Positions 29,251 through 37,655 of a stretch of 64,000 nucleotides of DNA are shown one piece after another. The position numbers were made by a program, and so were the translations under genes. Under the pieces are notes generated by a model, which saw only the letters and a program-made list of their open reading frames with translations, had not been told where the DNA came from and did no database searches. Within the stretch, counting starts at the first letter, position 1. Each line of letters opens with the position of its first letter. Origin of the DNA: Candidatus Woesearchaeota archaeon (GTDB lineage Archaea; Nanobdellota; Nanobdellia; Woesearchaeales; JAGVYF01); the NCBI GenBank assembly GCA_041650315.1, contig JBAZLJ010000001.1, forward strand, positions 5,947 through 69,946, in the 5' to 3' direction.

Positions 29251-29362
29251 AGTCTGCAACAGACAAATTTTGTACTTCTTTTTGTGATGAGTGACATTCC
29301 CAGGGACTGGGCACCTTGTCACTGAGATGATTTGGCTATAAAATTTGTAATGGTTGCAAACT
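29251..29362 (+). repeat. Structured repeat element, copy 1 (candidate ncRNA / 3'-UTR element; MITE-like alternative)
   Basis: Nested stems GTCTGCAAC/GTTGCAAAC, CAAATTTT/AAAATTTG and AGTGACA/TGTCACT enclose the conserved TTCCCAGGGACTGGGCACCT. Starts 13 nt after the ileS stop. Confidence 0.6.
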
Positions 29363-29418
29363 TTTGCTCAAAAGATAATCTTTATATATTCTCTAATCTT
29401 TAGTTTTGGTTGATAGAT

Positions 29419-29826
29419 ATGGATATAGCAACGCAAATTGATGTGATATTGAAACTGATTCTTGCAGGTTTCTTAGGATTCGTAATAGCCTGGGACAGAA
29501 AGCAGTACGGCAAAGGCGCAGGAATGCGTACTTACGGATTAATCTCAATGGGTTCATGTTTGTTCACAATAACTTCAATTTATTTCATGGGGACTGCGGA
29601 TCCTAGCAGGATTGCAGCTAACATAGTAACCGGTATAGGTTTTATTGGCGCGGGAATCATCTGGCAGAAAAAAGATGCTATTGTTGGAGTAACTACTGCG
29701 GCAGGTCTTTGGGTTGCTGCGGCAATCGGGATAGCTGTGGCAATTGATATGTGGGTTACTGCAGTTGCTGCGAGTTTGATAGTTATGGGGATATTCGCAA
29801 CAAGAAGAATAGTTCCTTGGGCATAA
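29419..29826 (+). CDS. MgtC/SapB family membrane protein
   Basis: AGMRTYGLISMGSCLF...DPSRIAANIVTGIGFIGAGIIW......GVTTAAGLWVAAAIGIAVA. TATA-like ctttatatatt about 27 nt upstream of ATG 29419; the track ORF begins with TTG at 29410. Confidence 0.8.
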   Translation: MDIATQIDVILKLILAGFLGFVIAWDRKQYGKGAGMRTYGLISMGSCLFTITSIYFMGTADPSRIAANIVTGIGFIGAGIIWQKKDAIVGVTTAAGLWVAAAIGIAVAIDMWVTAVAASLIVMGIFATRRIVPWA

Positions 29827-29919
29827 TTAAAATCATATTATTATTTTAATATATAATATATATCAAAAGGAAAGGTTTAAGAATTAGAACTACCTAAAAA
29901 TAGTCACTGAGGTGTATAT

Positions 29920-30369
29920 ATGGCATTATTCAGCTGGGGAAAGAAGAAAGAGGAATTAGCTAGTTCTTTACCTGAATCTTTACCTCCTCCGCCACAAATA
30001 GATACTGCGGAACTTCCGCCTTTAATGAAGGAAAGAGTATCACAGAAGGTTAGATTTCCAAGTTTGCCAGATCAAAATCCTATCAGAACTCAAAGGTATG
30101 AGAAAAAAGCTTATGCGCAAGAGAAAGAATTTGTTGAGCAACGCGAATCTTTGCAAGTGCTTCAACCATTGTTCATCAAAGGCATATTGTACAAAGAAAT
30201 GATATTTGACCTTGATGAGACTAAAGCGCAATTGAAAAAAGCAGGTTTGTTCACTACTCGTGTAGATGAGTTGACGCAGCTGCGTGAAGAGTCTTTTGAA
30301 GAGCTGAAACAGCTTATTGAGACTATGCAGCGCAAGTTAATATTCATGGATAAGACATTATTCAAATAG
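29920..30369 (+). CDS. Hypothetical coiled-coil protein (paralogue 1 of a tandem triad)
   Basis: 149 aa. Pro-rich N-terminus, then LFIKGILYKEMIFDL...QRKLIFMDKTLF, which aligns with the next ORF. Confidence 0.5.
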   Translation: MALFSWGKKKEELASSLPESLPPPPQIDTAELPPLMKERVSQKVRFPSLPDQNPIRTQRYEKKAYAQEKEFVEQRESLQVLQPLFIKGILYKEMIFDLDETKAQLKKAGLFTTRVDELTQLREESFEELKQLIETMQRKLIFMDKTLFK

Positions 30370-30378
30370 GTGATATGA

Positions 30379-30609
30379 ATGGAAGAATCAATGCAAGTCT
30401 TTGTCAAAATCGATCAATACAAAGAAGTCCTAGAAATCATGAACATGATTAAGAATAAGATGGCTGAGACAAAAGAAGTCTTGAGCACAATAAATCGTTT
30501 GAAGAATGAAGAAGATTCCGAACTTGAGCTATGGAATTCAAGCGTAGAAGAAGCTCAGAAAAGGTTGGATCATATCGATAAGATATTGTTCGCGCCTGAG
30601 AAATTATAA
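30379..30609 (+). CDS. Hypothetical coiled-coil protein (paralogue 2)
   Basis: 76 aa. VFVKIDQYKEVLEIM...QKRLDHIDKILF. Confidence 0.5.
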   Translation: MEESMQVFVKIDQYKEVLEIMNMIKNKMAETKEVLSTINRLKNEEDSELELWNSSVEEAQKRLDHIDKILFAPEKL

Positions 30610-30624
30610 AAATCCTAATCTAAA

Positions 30625-31083
30625 ATGGCAACTAAGAAAAAAGCAGTGAAGGCTGTGAAAAGGACAGTCAAGAGAAAAGCGCTTGTGGAAGATAAGCCAG
30701 AACTTCTCTATATGGGAATAAACAATCCTATTGAGATCAGAAGAACTGTTTTGGAATGTGCAAGGGATATGGTGCATTTCTTGCAGATGTTTGAGAAATT
30801 CAGACTTATTCGCGAAGAGAAGAAAGAAGCGATTAGAATCTTGAAAAAAGAGATGAAGGATTTGAGCACTCTTATGAATAAGTTGAAATTGATTATGCCT
30901 AAAGCTTCGGTAAGAACAGAAGTGCATAAAGAAGAAGTTGTCAAGGAAGCGAAAGAAGCAAGAGAAGGTAAGCCAAAAGCATTTGAAATGCCTAAGCAAG
31001 AGATGCCTGATTTGACTGTTGACGATATTGACGCTTTGGAATCTGAGCTCAAAGAGATTGAAGAGAAGTTGAATTTCTTATAG
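30625..31083 (+). CDS. Hypothetical K/E-rich coiled-coil protein (weaker paralogue 3)
   Basis: 152 aa. Basic N-terminus followed by a helical core. Confidence 0.45.
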   Translation: MATKKKAVKAVKRTVKRKALVEDKPELLYMGINNPIEIRRTVLECARDMVHFLQMFEKFRLIREEKKEAIRILKKEMKDLSTLMNKLKLIMPKASVRTEVHKEEVVKEAKEAREGKPKAFEMPKQEMPDLTVDDIDALESELKEIEEKLNFL

Positions 31084-31092
31084 AGTTTCTAA

Positions 31093-31257
31093 AGTCTGCA
31101 ACAAACAAATTTTCTATTTTCTATTGTGGTTATAGCCATTCCCGGCATTAGAAGTCCTATGGACTTCTATGCACAGAAGTGCTTATAGCACTTCCGCTGG
31201 ACTGGGTACCTTGGCTATTCTATGATTTAGCGATAAAATTTGTGAAGGTTGCAGACT
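31093..31257 (+). repeat. Structured repeat element, copy 2, carrying a 51-nt twin-hairpin insertion
   Basis: Stems AAGTCTGCAAC/GTTGCAGACTT, CAAATTTT/AAAATTTG and ATAGCCA/TGGCTAT. The conserved core TTCCCGG...CTGGACTGGGTACCT is split by an insert at 31146-31196. Confidence 0.6.
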
Positions 31258-31337
31258 TAATTATATACTAATTTTCGTTAGCTTTTTATATTACATCCTA
31301 GTTATCGTGCTTAGCTCCGAACACATATCGTATATAT

Positions 31338-31499
31338 GCGGCGTTGCCGGAGTGGCCAAACGGGACAGTTGTTTGGTGTAATAGGCATTGAACAGTCCAT
31401 ACTCAAGTTTCGAGCGAAAAGGTCCACAAGATCTATGAATCGCTCAATGTGCCATCTGTTGGCTTAGTGCCTACGCAGGTTCGAACCCTGCATGCCGCA
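31338..31499 (+). tRNA. tRNA-Leu(CAA) candidate with two introns (positions 30/31 and 37/38)
   Basis: Acceptor GCGGCGT/ATGCCGC, discriminator A, 3-bp D stem CCG/CGG with loop GAGTGGCCAAA, long variable arm TGGCTTAGTGCCTAC, T arm GCAGG-TTCGAAC-CCTGC. 162 nt versus about 84 nt mature. Removing 31369-31400 and 31408-31453 gives the anticodon arm ACAGA-CTCAAGA-TCTGT. BHB helices could be traced for both introns (see findings). Confidence 0.7.
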
Positions 31500-31623
31500 T
31501 TTTTTCATTTCTTTCGTATTTTTCATTTTTCTTACTCATTTACGTTTTATACAATACATTTAAAAAAGAAAGTTCATTATTTATATACTAGAATAGACAA
31601 ATTCCGGTTATAATTGAATAACA

Positions 31624-32775
31624 ATGGCAACCAATAAAACCAATACCCCGAACAGCGAAATGACTGAAATCATGTATAGTTATAATGCTGAAACTAATCA
31701 GCTTGAACAAGAGAACAGAATACTTCGCGAAACAGTTACTCAACTTAAGAACGAGCTGGATAAATTCAGGGCAGTGCCTCTCATGGTCTGCGAGATCAAA
31801 GAGATACAAGGGGAGAATGCCATAATCAAGATACCTAACGGAAATCAATTCTTTGTGAATATAGCTAATAATTGCGAAAAGTTGAGCGCAGGAGACAATG
31901 TACTTGTAGAACAGCGCAATCTTACGGTTCTTAAAAAAATTGATAATAACAAAAGGTTCAATGTAGAGAAGTATGTAATCATGGAAAAACCTACCACACA
32001 ATGGTCCGAAGTAGGTGGTCTTGAACCTCAAATAAGGGATATCAAAGAAGTGATTGAACTCCCATTGCTTAAACCAGAATTATTCAAGAAAGTAGGCATA
32101 ACTCCACCGAAAGGAGTCTTATTGCATGGTCCGCCAGGCACTGGCAAGACTTTGTTGGCTAAAGCTGTTGCGGCAAGTACAAATTCAACATTCATTGAAA
32201 TCGTAGGTTCTGAATTAGTCCAGAAGTTTATTGGTGAAGGCGCAAAGCTTGTGAAAGAGATATTCCAGCTTGCGAGAGAAAAAGCGCCGACAATCATATT
32301 CATTGATGAAATAGATGCATTAGCTGCAACAAGAGTTGAACTCGGCACTTCCGGAGAACGTGAAGTGCAAAGGACATTCATGCAATTCTTGGCTGAATTT
32401 GATGGGTTCAAGAATCTGGGCAATGTCAAAGTAATCGGATGCACAAACAGAATGGATATTCTTGATCCGGCGATATTGCGTCCAGGCAGATTTGACAGGT
32501 TGATTGAAGTTCCTAATCCAAACGAGAAAGGAATATTCGAAATATTGAAAATACACACCAAAAATATGAAACTCAATAAGGGCATTGAATTGTCTGAGAT
32601 TGCTGCACTTATGAACGGATTTTCAGGCGCTGAAGTCAAAGCAGTTTGCACTGAGGCCGGTTATTTCACTATAAGGAGTAATCGTTTCATCATATCAAAG
32701 GAAGATTTCACAGAAGCTATCAAAAAAGTCAAAACCGCTGAAGAAGACGGCAATTTCTTAAAAGCATACGGCTAG
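31624..32775 (+). CDS. pan: Proteasome-activating nucleotidase PAN (AAA+ ATPase)
   Basis: N-terminal coiled coil, Walker A GPPGTGKT, Walker B IIFIDEIDA, C-terminal HbYX-like AYG. Confidence 0.9.
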   Translation: MATNKTNTPNSEMTEIMYSYNAETNQLEQENRILRETVTQLKNELDKFRAVPLMVCEIKEIQGENAIIKIPNGNQFFVNIANNCEKLSAGDNVLVEQRNLTVLKKIDNNKRFNVEKYVIMEKPTTQWSEVGGLEPQIRDIKEVIELPLLKPELFKKVGITPPKGVLLHGPPGTGKTLLAKAVAASTNSTFIEIVGSELVQKFIGEGAKLVKEIFQLAREKAPTIIFIDEIDALAATRVELGTSGEREVQRTFMQFLAEFDGFKNLGNVKVIGCTNRMDILDPAILRPGRFDRLIEVPNPNEKGIFEILKIHTKNMKLNKGIELSEIAALMNGFSGAEVKAVCTEAGYFTIRSNRFIISKEDFTEAIKKVKTAEEDGNFLKAYG

Positions 32776-32789
32776 TTCTATTCTTAAAA

Positions 32790-33353
32790 ATGAATGATAA
32801 ATTTTATACACGGGCTAAAGAACAAGGATTCAGAGCTAGGTCTGTATTCAAATTAAAGGATATAATCCAAAAGTATAATTTTGTCAAACGCGGCGATAGG
32901 GTTCTGGACTTAGGAGCGTCTCCGGGTTCATGGATGCAATATCTTTCGAAGTTTTGCAGTTATGTGCTTGGTGTGGATGTTTCTAACGTTCAACCAGTGC
33001 CTGGCGCGGTATTTCTTCAGAAAAGTGTATTGGATGAGGATATAATCGATATAATCAAAGAATACAAGCCTCAATTTGATGTTGTTGTCTCTGATATGGC
33101 TCCGAAAACTTGCGGAAAAATTGAGATAGATCAAGTAAGGAGTTATGAATTATGCCAGCGCGCATTCGTTATAGCTTCTGAAGTATTGAAACCGAACGGG
33201 AATTTTATGTGCAAAATATTTCAAAGCGCTGATTCAAACGATCTTTTACGTGAACTTCGCGAATATTTTAATCTCGTGAAGATAGTTAAGCCTTTGGCAT
33301 CCAAGAAAGAGAGCAAGGAAATATATTTCGTCTGTATTGGGCTCAAAGCTTAG
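32790..33353 (+). CDS. rlmE: 23S rRNA (uridine-2'-O)-methyltransferase RlmE/FtsJ
   Basis: RARSVFKLKDI....F...GDRVLDLGASPGSWMQ; DVVVSDMAP. Confidence 0.85.
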   Translation: MNDKFYTRAKEQGFRARSVFKLKDIIQKYNFVKRGDRVLDLGASPGSWMQYLSKFCSYVLGVDVSNVQPVPGAVFLQKSVLDEDIIDIIKEYKPQFDVVVSDMAPKTCGKIEIDQVRSYELCQRAFVIASEVLKPNGNFMCKIFQSADSNDLLRELREYFNLVKIVKPLASKKESKEIYFVCIGLKA

Positions 33354-33438
33354 ATGATATACGTTGCGATTTTATGCGTTGCGATTTAGCTATTGCAGTT
33401 CAGATATTCTTTTAAATTTATGATTCAGTGTTTTTGTC

Positions 33439-34122
33439 ATGGGTGATATAAGTTCTTTAGTTGTAATTTCAGGTCCGTCTAAGGCCGGAAAAACTACACT
33501 CGTTGAACTACTTTGCAAAGAGGAAAGTAGACTGCAAAGAGTTGTCACTGCAACTACTCGCGATCCTAGGCTGAAGGAAGATGGCGTTACGCATGAAAAG
33601 GATGGCAAAGATTATTATTTTGTTAATGCTAATTATTTCAACCGCAATGGGATAATCCTAGAGAAAGCTTGTGTCCATGGTAATTGGTATGGCACTCCGA
33701 AGAAATCGGTAGATCAGCTTCTACGTGATGGTAAAGTGCCTTTATGGATATTGGATGTGCAAGGCGCTGAGGCAATATCTACTAGATTTGGGCAGGCATA
33801 TCATTATGAGCAGCAAAAAGTCAAGCATCTCGCTAAAATAACTTATATTTTCCTATTGCCGACATATTCTGAAGTTGTTCAGCGTTTGGAACGAAATCAT
33901 GATAAAAATAAGGATAAAAGGTTGAAGAGCGCGGAGATGGAAATTGGGTATTTGCAAGGCGATGTCTATAATTATCTTCTTTATACTTCGAATCCTATTG
34001 AGCAGAACCTGCGCGAATTGAGAGCGATAATATTCGATGAGAAGTCTGAGGTTGCAAAAGCGTGCAGATTAACAGATCGCAAAAAAGAAGAGTCTCTGCT
34101 CGAGAATTGGTTGAAGACTTAG
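33439..34122 (+). CDS. gmk: Guanylate kinase-like protein
   Basis: P-loop ISGPSKAGKTT, TATTRDPR, GKDYYFV. Confidence 0.7.
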   Translation: MGDISSLVVISGPSKAGKTTLVELLCKEESRLQRVVTATTRDPRLKEDGVTHEKDGKDYYFVNANYFNRNGIILEKACVHGNWYGTPKKSVDQLLRDGKVPLWILDVQGAEAISTRFGQAYHYEQQKVKHLAKITYIFLLPTYSEVVQRLERNHDKNKDKRLKSAEMEIGYLQGDVYNYLLYTSNPIEQNLRELRAIIFDEKSEVAKACRLTDRKKEESLLENWLKT

Positions 34123-34138
34123 CTTGTTTCTGATTTAG

Positions 34139-35152
34139 TTAAAGTATCTTAAAATCTACGCAAATTCTGTATACTCTCGGTGCATGCTGTCCGCATCTTA
34201 CTGTTTCTAATATTTTATACTTTAATTTCATCTCTTTGCATGCTTTATCGATCTTTTCATAGGCTAAATCAAATTCAGTCTCTTTAAGGAAATCATAGAA
34301 GTGGATGATTGTGCCTTTTTTTGAAACGCTTAATGCTTCTTTCAGGAACTCGTCTGCGGTTTTCGGAAGCGGCATCAATATCCTATCGAATTTCTCGCTA
34401 AGTTTCGGAATTTCTTTCTTTACGTCACCATTGATGAGCATTACGTTTTTTACCTTATTCAGTTTTATATTTTCGAGACCTAATTTGTGCGCGTCTGGAT
34501 TTATTTCAATGCCAATAATTTTCGCAGCCTCTGTATTCTTTGCGAGCACTATTGGATATGGCGCACAGCCTGAGAACATGACTAGGATATTTTCGCCAGG
34601 TTTAACAAGTTCGGCGATTCTTTTTCTTTCTGTTGAGAGTCTGATTGAAAAATATGTTTTATCAACATTGACTTTTATCCTTGCGTTATTCTCTTTGTGT
34701 ATCGCGAACTTTGTTTTTTTTCCAGCGATATGCTCAGTCTCTTGCAGTCTGAATTCTCCCGAATGTATCCCTTTCTTTTTTACGACAGTTGTCACATTCT
34801 TGTTGAGTTTCATCAATTCTTCAGCGATTATCTGCTCTTTCGGTTCGAGCTCTTTCTCGATCTCTAGGATTGCAATGTTGCCTACAATATCATAGGCTGA
34901 TTTCAATAGTTTAAGTTCATCTTTTGTGAGATAATATTGAAGCGCATCTCTCAAGTTAGTTTCCCTTATCTCTTTTTCGCGCATTTCTTTTTCTATTATT
35001 TCTGCGCCTTTGATTTTTTTTGATTTCGCGATTGGGAAATAGAAAAATTCCTTGTCCTTATCTGGTAAATGGCTCGGATCGAGCAATTTCTGCGCAATGA
35101 GCAATCTCTTAAATTTCTCAGTCTCCTTTAGCGGTACTTTCAAAACTTTCAT
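34139..35152 (-). CDS. trm5: tRNA (guanine37-N1)-methyltransferase Trm5 (Met-10+ family)
   Basis: DIVGNIAILE, HKENNARIKVNVDKTYFSIRLSTERKRI, SAM motif VMFSGCAPYPIVLAK, IGIEINPDA. Confidence 0.8.
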   Translation of the reverse strand: MKVLKVPLKETEKFKRLLIAQKLLDPSHLPDKDKEFFYFPIAKSKKIKGAEIIEKEMREKEIRETNLRDALQYYLTKDELKLLKSAYDIVGNIAILEIEKELEPKEQIIAEELMKLNKNVTTVVKKKGIHSGEFRLQETEHIAGKKTKFAIHKENNARIKVNVDKTYFSIRLSTERKRIAELVKPGENILVMFSGCAPYPIVLAKNTEAAKIIGIEINPDAHKLGLENIKLNKVKNVMLINGDVKKEIPKLSEKFDRILMPLPKTADEFLKEALSVSKKGTIIHFYDFLKETEFDLAYEKIDKACKEMKLKYKILETVRCGQHAPRVYRICVDFKIL

Positions 35153-35216
35153 AGCATATAGAAATATGGACTTCGATTTAATAAGATTGCGGTAGACATT
35201 ATACTAAGTAGAATAA

Positions 35217-36236
35217 TCAGAAGAATTTGCCGAGGCCTTGCTGCGGGCTTGATTTTAGCTTATCGAGCTTGCTATTTACATTATCTTCATTGAAACCATG
35301 CCTTCCACATAATAATGCTTTGACTCTTTTAGCATCCGGCGCTTTCCAGTTGAGCTTATAGTCTTTTGTGACTGGCATGTTCTTGATAGTATCGAATACT
35401 TCCTGCCAGGTATATTCGAAATGTTCGCTCCATTTGGCTGCTTCGAAAAGTTTATTGAAATCTTTATGTTCTTTCACTAATTTGAGGGCTTTCATCGGGC
35501 CGATGCCTTTAATGCCGCCGTGATTGAAGTCTGTGCCAACCAACATCGCCAATGCAATCAGCTGGTCTTGATTGATGTCAAGTTCTTTAAGTGCTTCATT
35601 TAACTCGATCATTTCTGGTTTTGCGCTTGCATAAGCTGATTTTCCTGCAATCTTCTTTTTTTGGCTAATAGATAGATTTTTGATTAGTCTTGGTGTTCCG
35701 AATAACAATGCGTCTGCATCGTTTGTGCTCAATGCATAGGCGTCTTTATTTTTTACTACAAATGCTGCCTGCGCTTCGCCTTCTGACGGCGCTTGGATTA
35801 TCGGGATGCCTAACGCATCGATAAGCTCTTTTGCTTCTGCGATCATTTCTGGCGTGAGCCTTGATGTACGCGCTGCATATTTTTTCATGAGTTCTATGTC
35901 TTCGCGTTCTTTAGCGATTTCATATTCTTCTTTCGCTTTGATTTTGATATCCTTTCTTCTGAGAAGCTCTTGCTCTTTCAGTTTCGGCGGTTTGCCGTCA
36001 AAGCAGAATATGAGTTTTAGGCCTTGTTCCATATAATTCGTTGATCTTGAGAATAATCCAACAAGATGGCTTGTGACTTCGCCGTGAGCATCAGTCAATA
36101 ATGAGCCGTCCGCTTGCCTGATTGTCGCCATAAATTGGTACATGTATAACGATGCGTCTATCACTATTGTTTTATTTTTTAATTCAGCGATAGAAATCTC
36201 TTTTTTCGGCATTAAATCGAATATCTTAGTGCCCAT
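35217..36236 (-). CDS. fen: Flap endonuclease 1 (FEN1)
   Basis: XPG-N/I nuclease blocks (VIDASLYMYQF, GIPIIQAPSEGEAQAA, helix-hairpin-helix region). C-terminal PIP box QQGLGKFF. Confidence 0.9.
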   Translation of the reverse strand: MGTKIFDLMPKKEISIAELKNKTIVIDASLYMYQFMATIRQADGSLLTDAHGEVTSHLVGLFSRSTNYMEQGLKLIFCFDGKPPKLKEQELLRRKDIKIKAKEEYEIAKEREDIELMKKYAARTSRLTPEMIAEAKELIDALGIPIIQAPSEGEAQAAFVVKNKDAYALSTNDADALLFGTPRLIKNLSISQKKKIAGKSAYASAKPEMIELNEALKELDINQDQLIALAMLVGTDFNHGGIKGIGPMKALKLVKEHKDFNKLFEAAKWSEHFEYTWQEVFDTIKNMPVTKDYKLNWKAPDAKRVKALLCGRHGFNEDNVNSKLDKLKSSPQQGLGKFF

Positions 36237-36243
36237 CGTTGCC

Positions 36244-37572
36244 TCACTTCAAACTTATGAATTTGACTAAATTTGGTTGAGAATCAAGCATGTCTTTCGC
36301 TTTCTTATTTATATTTCCTGTTGCGATAAATAACGCAGGCAATCCTTTTTGTTGAGCGCTGATCATTGCAGCGTATAAGTCATTTTCAGTTGCTAATGGT
36401 TTTTTCTTCACTTTGCAGAAATAGGATATTTCTCCGATTGGTGAAGGCAATTTGACTACCATATCCAGTTCTTTATCTTTTGAGATTATAGTGAAATCTG
36501 AGATGATTATTCCTTTCGCTTCAAAATTTGACCTTACTTTATTCAAGAGTACGTCCGTTATGCTCGGTTTTGATATTTCTTTAGTTATTGGTTCTTCAAT
36601 CTGTTCTTTAACCGCTTCTTTTATAGTTTCTTTCATTTCAGTTTTGATAACTTTTTGTTCTGGTTTGATTTCCGCTTTAATTTGCTTTATTTCCGTTTTT
36701 ATCTCTACTTTTTGTTCTTGGCCTAATTCTTGCTGCATAATATTCTCAAGTTTTAGTTTTGCTTTTCTTTTGATTGCTTTTTTCTCTGGTTGAGAATGAA
36801 ATTCAGTTAAAGCCTTTTCCTGAACAACCACTAAGTTCGGTTGTTCAACTACTTTTGGCTCCTCTTTTAGTTTTGGCGTTTGTTTGACTGTTTCCCTGAT
36901 GAGCGTAATGTCTTCTTTGGATTTTTCTTGTAAAGGTTCTTTGATTTGCGCAGGCAGTTCTATCTTTTTTTGCCTTACACGTTTGACTTTTTGAAGTTCT
37001 TGATTTTTTTCGACGCTCTCTTCTTTTTTTAGTTCTGGCACCGGCACGGAAATAGTCTGTTGGGGCGCGATTACTTGTGCAACAGGAGTTTCTATCTGTG
37101 GTTTTGCCAGTTCCATTTTGTCCATGACTTTTTGCCTGATTATCTGCTCTGCGGCATCATTCGGCAATAAGTACCATTTCCAATAAAGTTCGATGCTTGC
37201 AGAAGTATTCACTTTAACTGGCACTGCAAAGTCTGGTGAATTCCTGAGCGCGACCCTTGTTACTGGATCGAGAAGATTGTCATCAAGCACTTGATTGACT
37301 TTTAGTTTTTCCACAGCCACTTGTTCTGGTTGTTCAAGATATTTCATATAATATTCTATCTTAGCTTCTTGACCTTGGACATAATAAACTGGAGAAGAAC
37401 CTATTTTGACGTTTGACACCAATGCTTTTTTGTTAGAAACTAGTTCTGCGAGATATGCTCCTGCAAAAAGAAGGCTGAGTTTAGCGTCTCTTGCGATATG
37501 AGTAGGCAGAACAGGACCTTTCATTTTAACTATCTTTAGAATGTCATCTGATGTTATCATCGCAAAAAACAT
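36244..37572 (-). CDS. Hypothetical protein: N-terminal winged-helix-like domain, long K/E/P-rich low-complexity linker, C-terminal compact nuclease-like domain
   Basis: 442 aa. GSSPVYYVQGQE near the N-terminus; a repeated EIK/KTE-type linker; C-terminal ELDMVVKL....YFCKVKKK...DLYAAMISAQQKGLPALFIATG. Confidence 0.5.
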   Translation of the reverse strand: MFFAMITSDDILKIVKMKGPVLPTHIARDAKLSLLFAGAYLAELVSNKKALVSNVKIGSSPVYYVQGQEAKIEYYMKYLEQPEQVAVEKLKVNQVLDDNLLDPVTRVALRNSPDFAVPVKVNTSASIELYWKWYLLPNDAAEQIIRQKVMDKMELAKPQIETPVAQVIAPQQTISVPVPELKKEESVEKNQELQKVKRVRQKKIELPAQIKEPLQEKSKEDITLIRETVKQTPKLKEEPKVVEQPNLVVVQEKALTEFHSQPEKKAIKRKAKLKLENIMQQELGQEQKVEIKTEIKQIKAEIKPEQKVIKTEMKETIKEAVKEQIEEPITKEISKPSITDVLLNKVRSNFEAKGIIISDFTIISKDKELDMVVKLPSPIGEISYFCKVKKKPLATENDLYAAMISAQQKGLPALFIATGNINKKAKDMLDSQPNLVKFISLK

Positions 37573-37655
37573 GGCAAACTAATTATTTAAGCATTTCTAT
37601 ACACTAATATTAAGTTAAAAATAGATATAAAAAGAATATATAGGGAATATTGCGT

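Noticed and set aside
29251-29362. Reading the three structured repeats simply as intrinsic terminators
   Set aside because: They are 110-165 nt long with three nested stems and a conserved 20-nt apical motif, and they lack a following T-run. This is far more elaborate than archaeal oligo-T termination signals. A terminator-associated role is still possible.
31588-32031. 147-aa minus-strand ORF overlapping the PAN start
   Set aside because: It is antisense to the PAN coiled-coil region and has no supporting features.
32028-32651. 207-aa minus-strand ORF. Similar long antisense ORFs lie at 34305-34895, 43742-44332, 47879-48376, 25294-25797, 39389-39898, 21331-21762 and 30604-30999
   Set aside because: Each is antisense to a strongly conserved or better-supported gene (PAN, Trm5, TIM-barrel, GyrA, DP2 and others). 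Their composition is Ser/Leu/Ile-rich, with no recognisable motifs or RBS.
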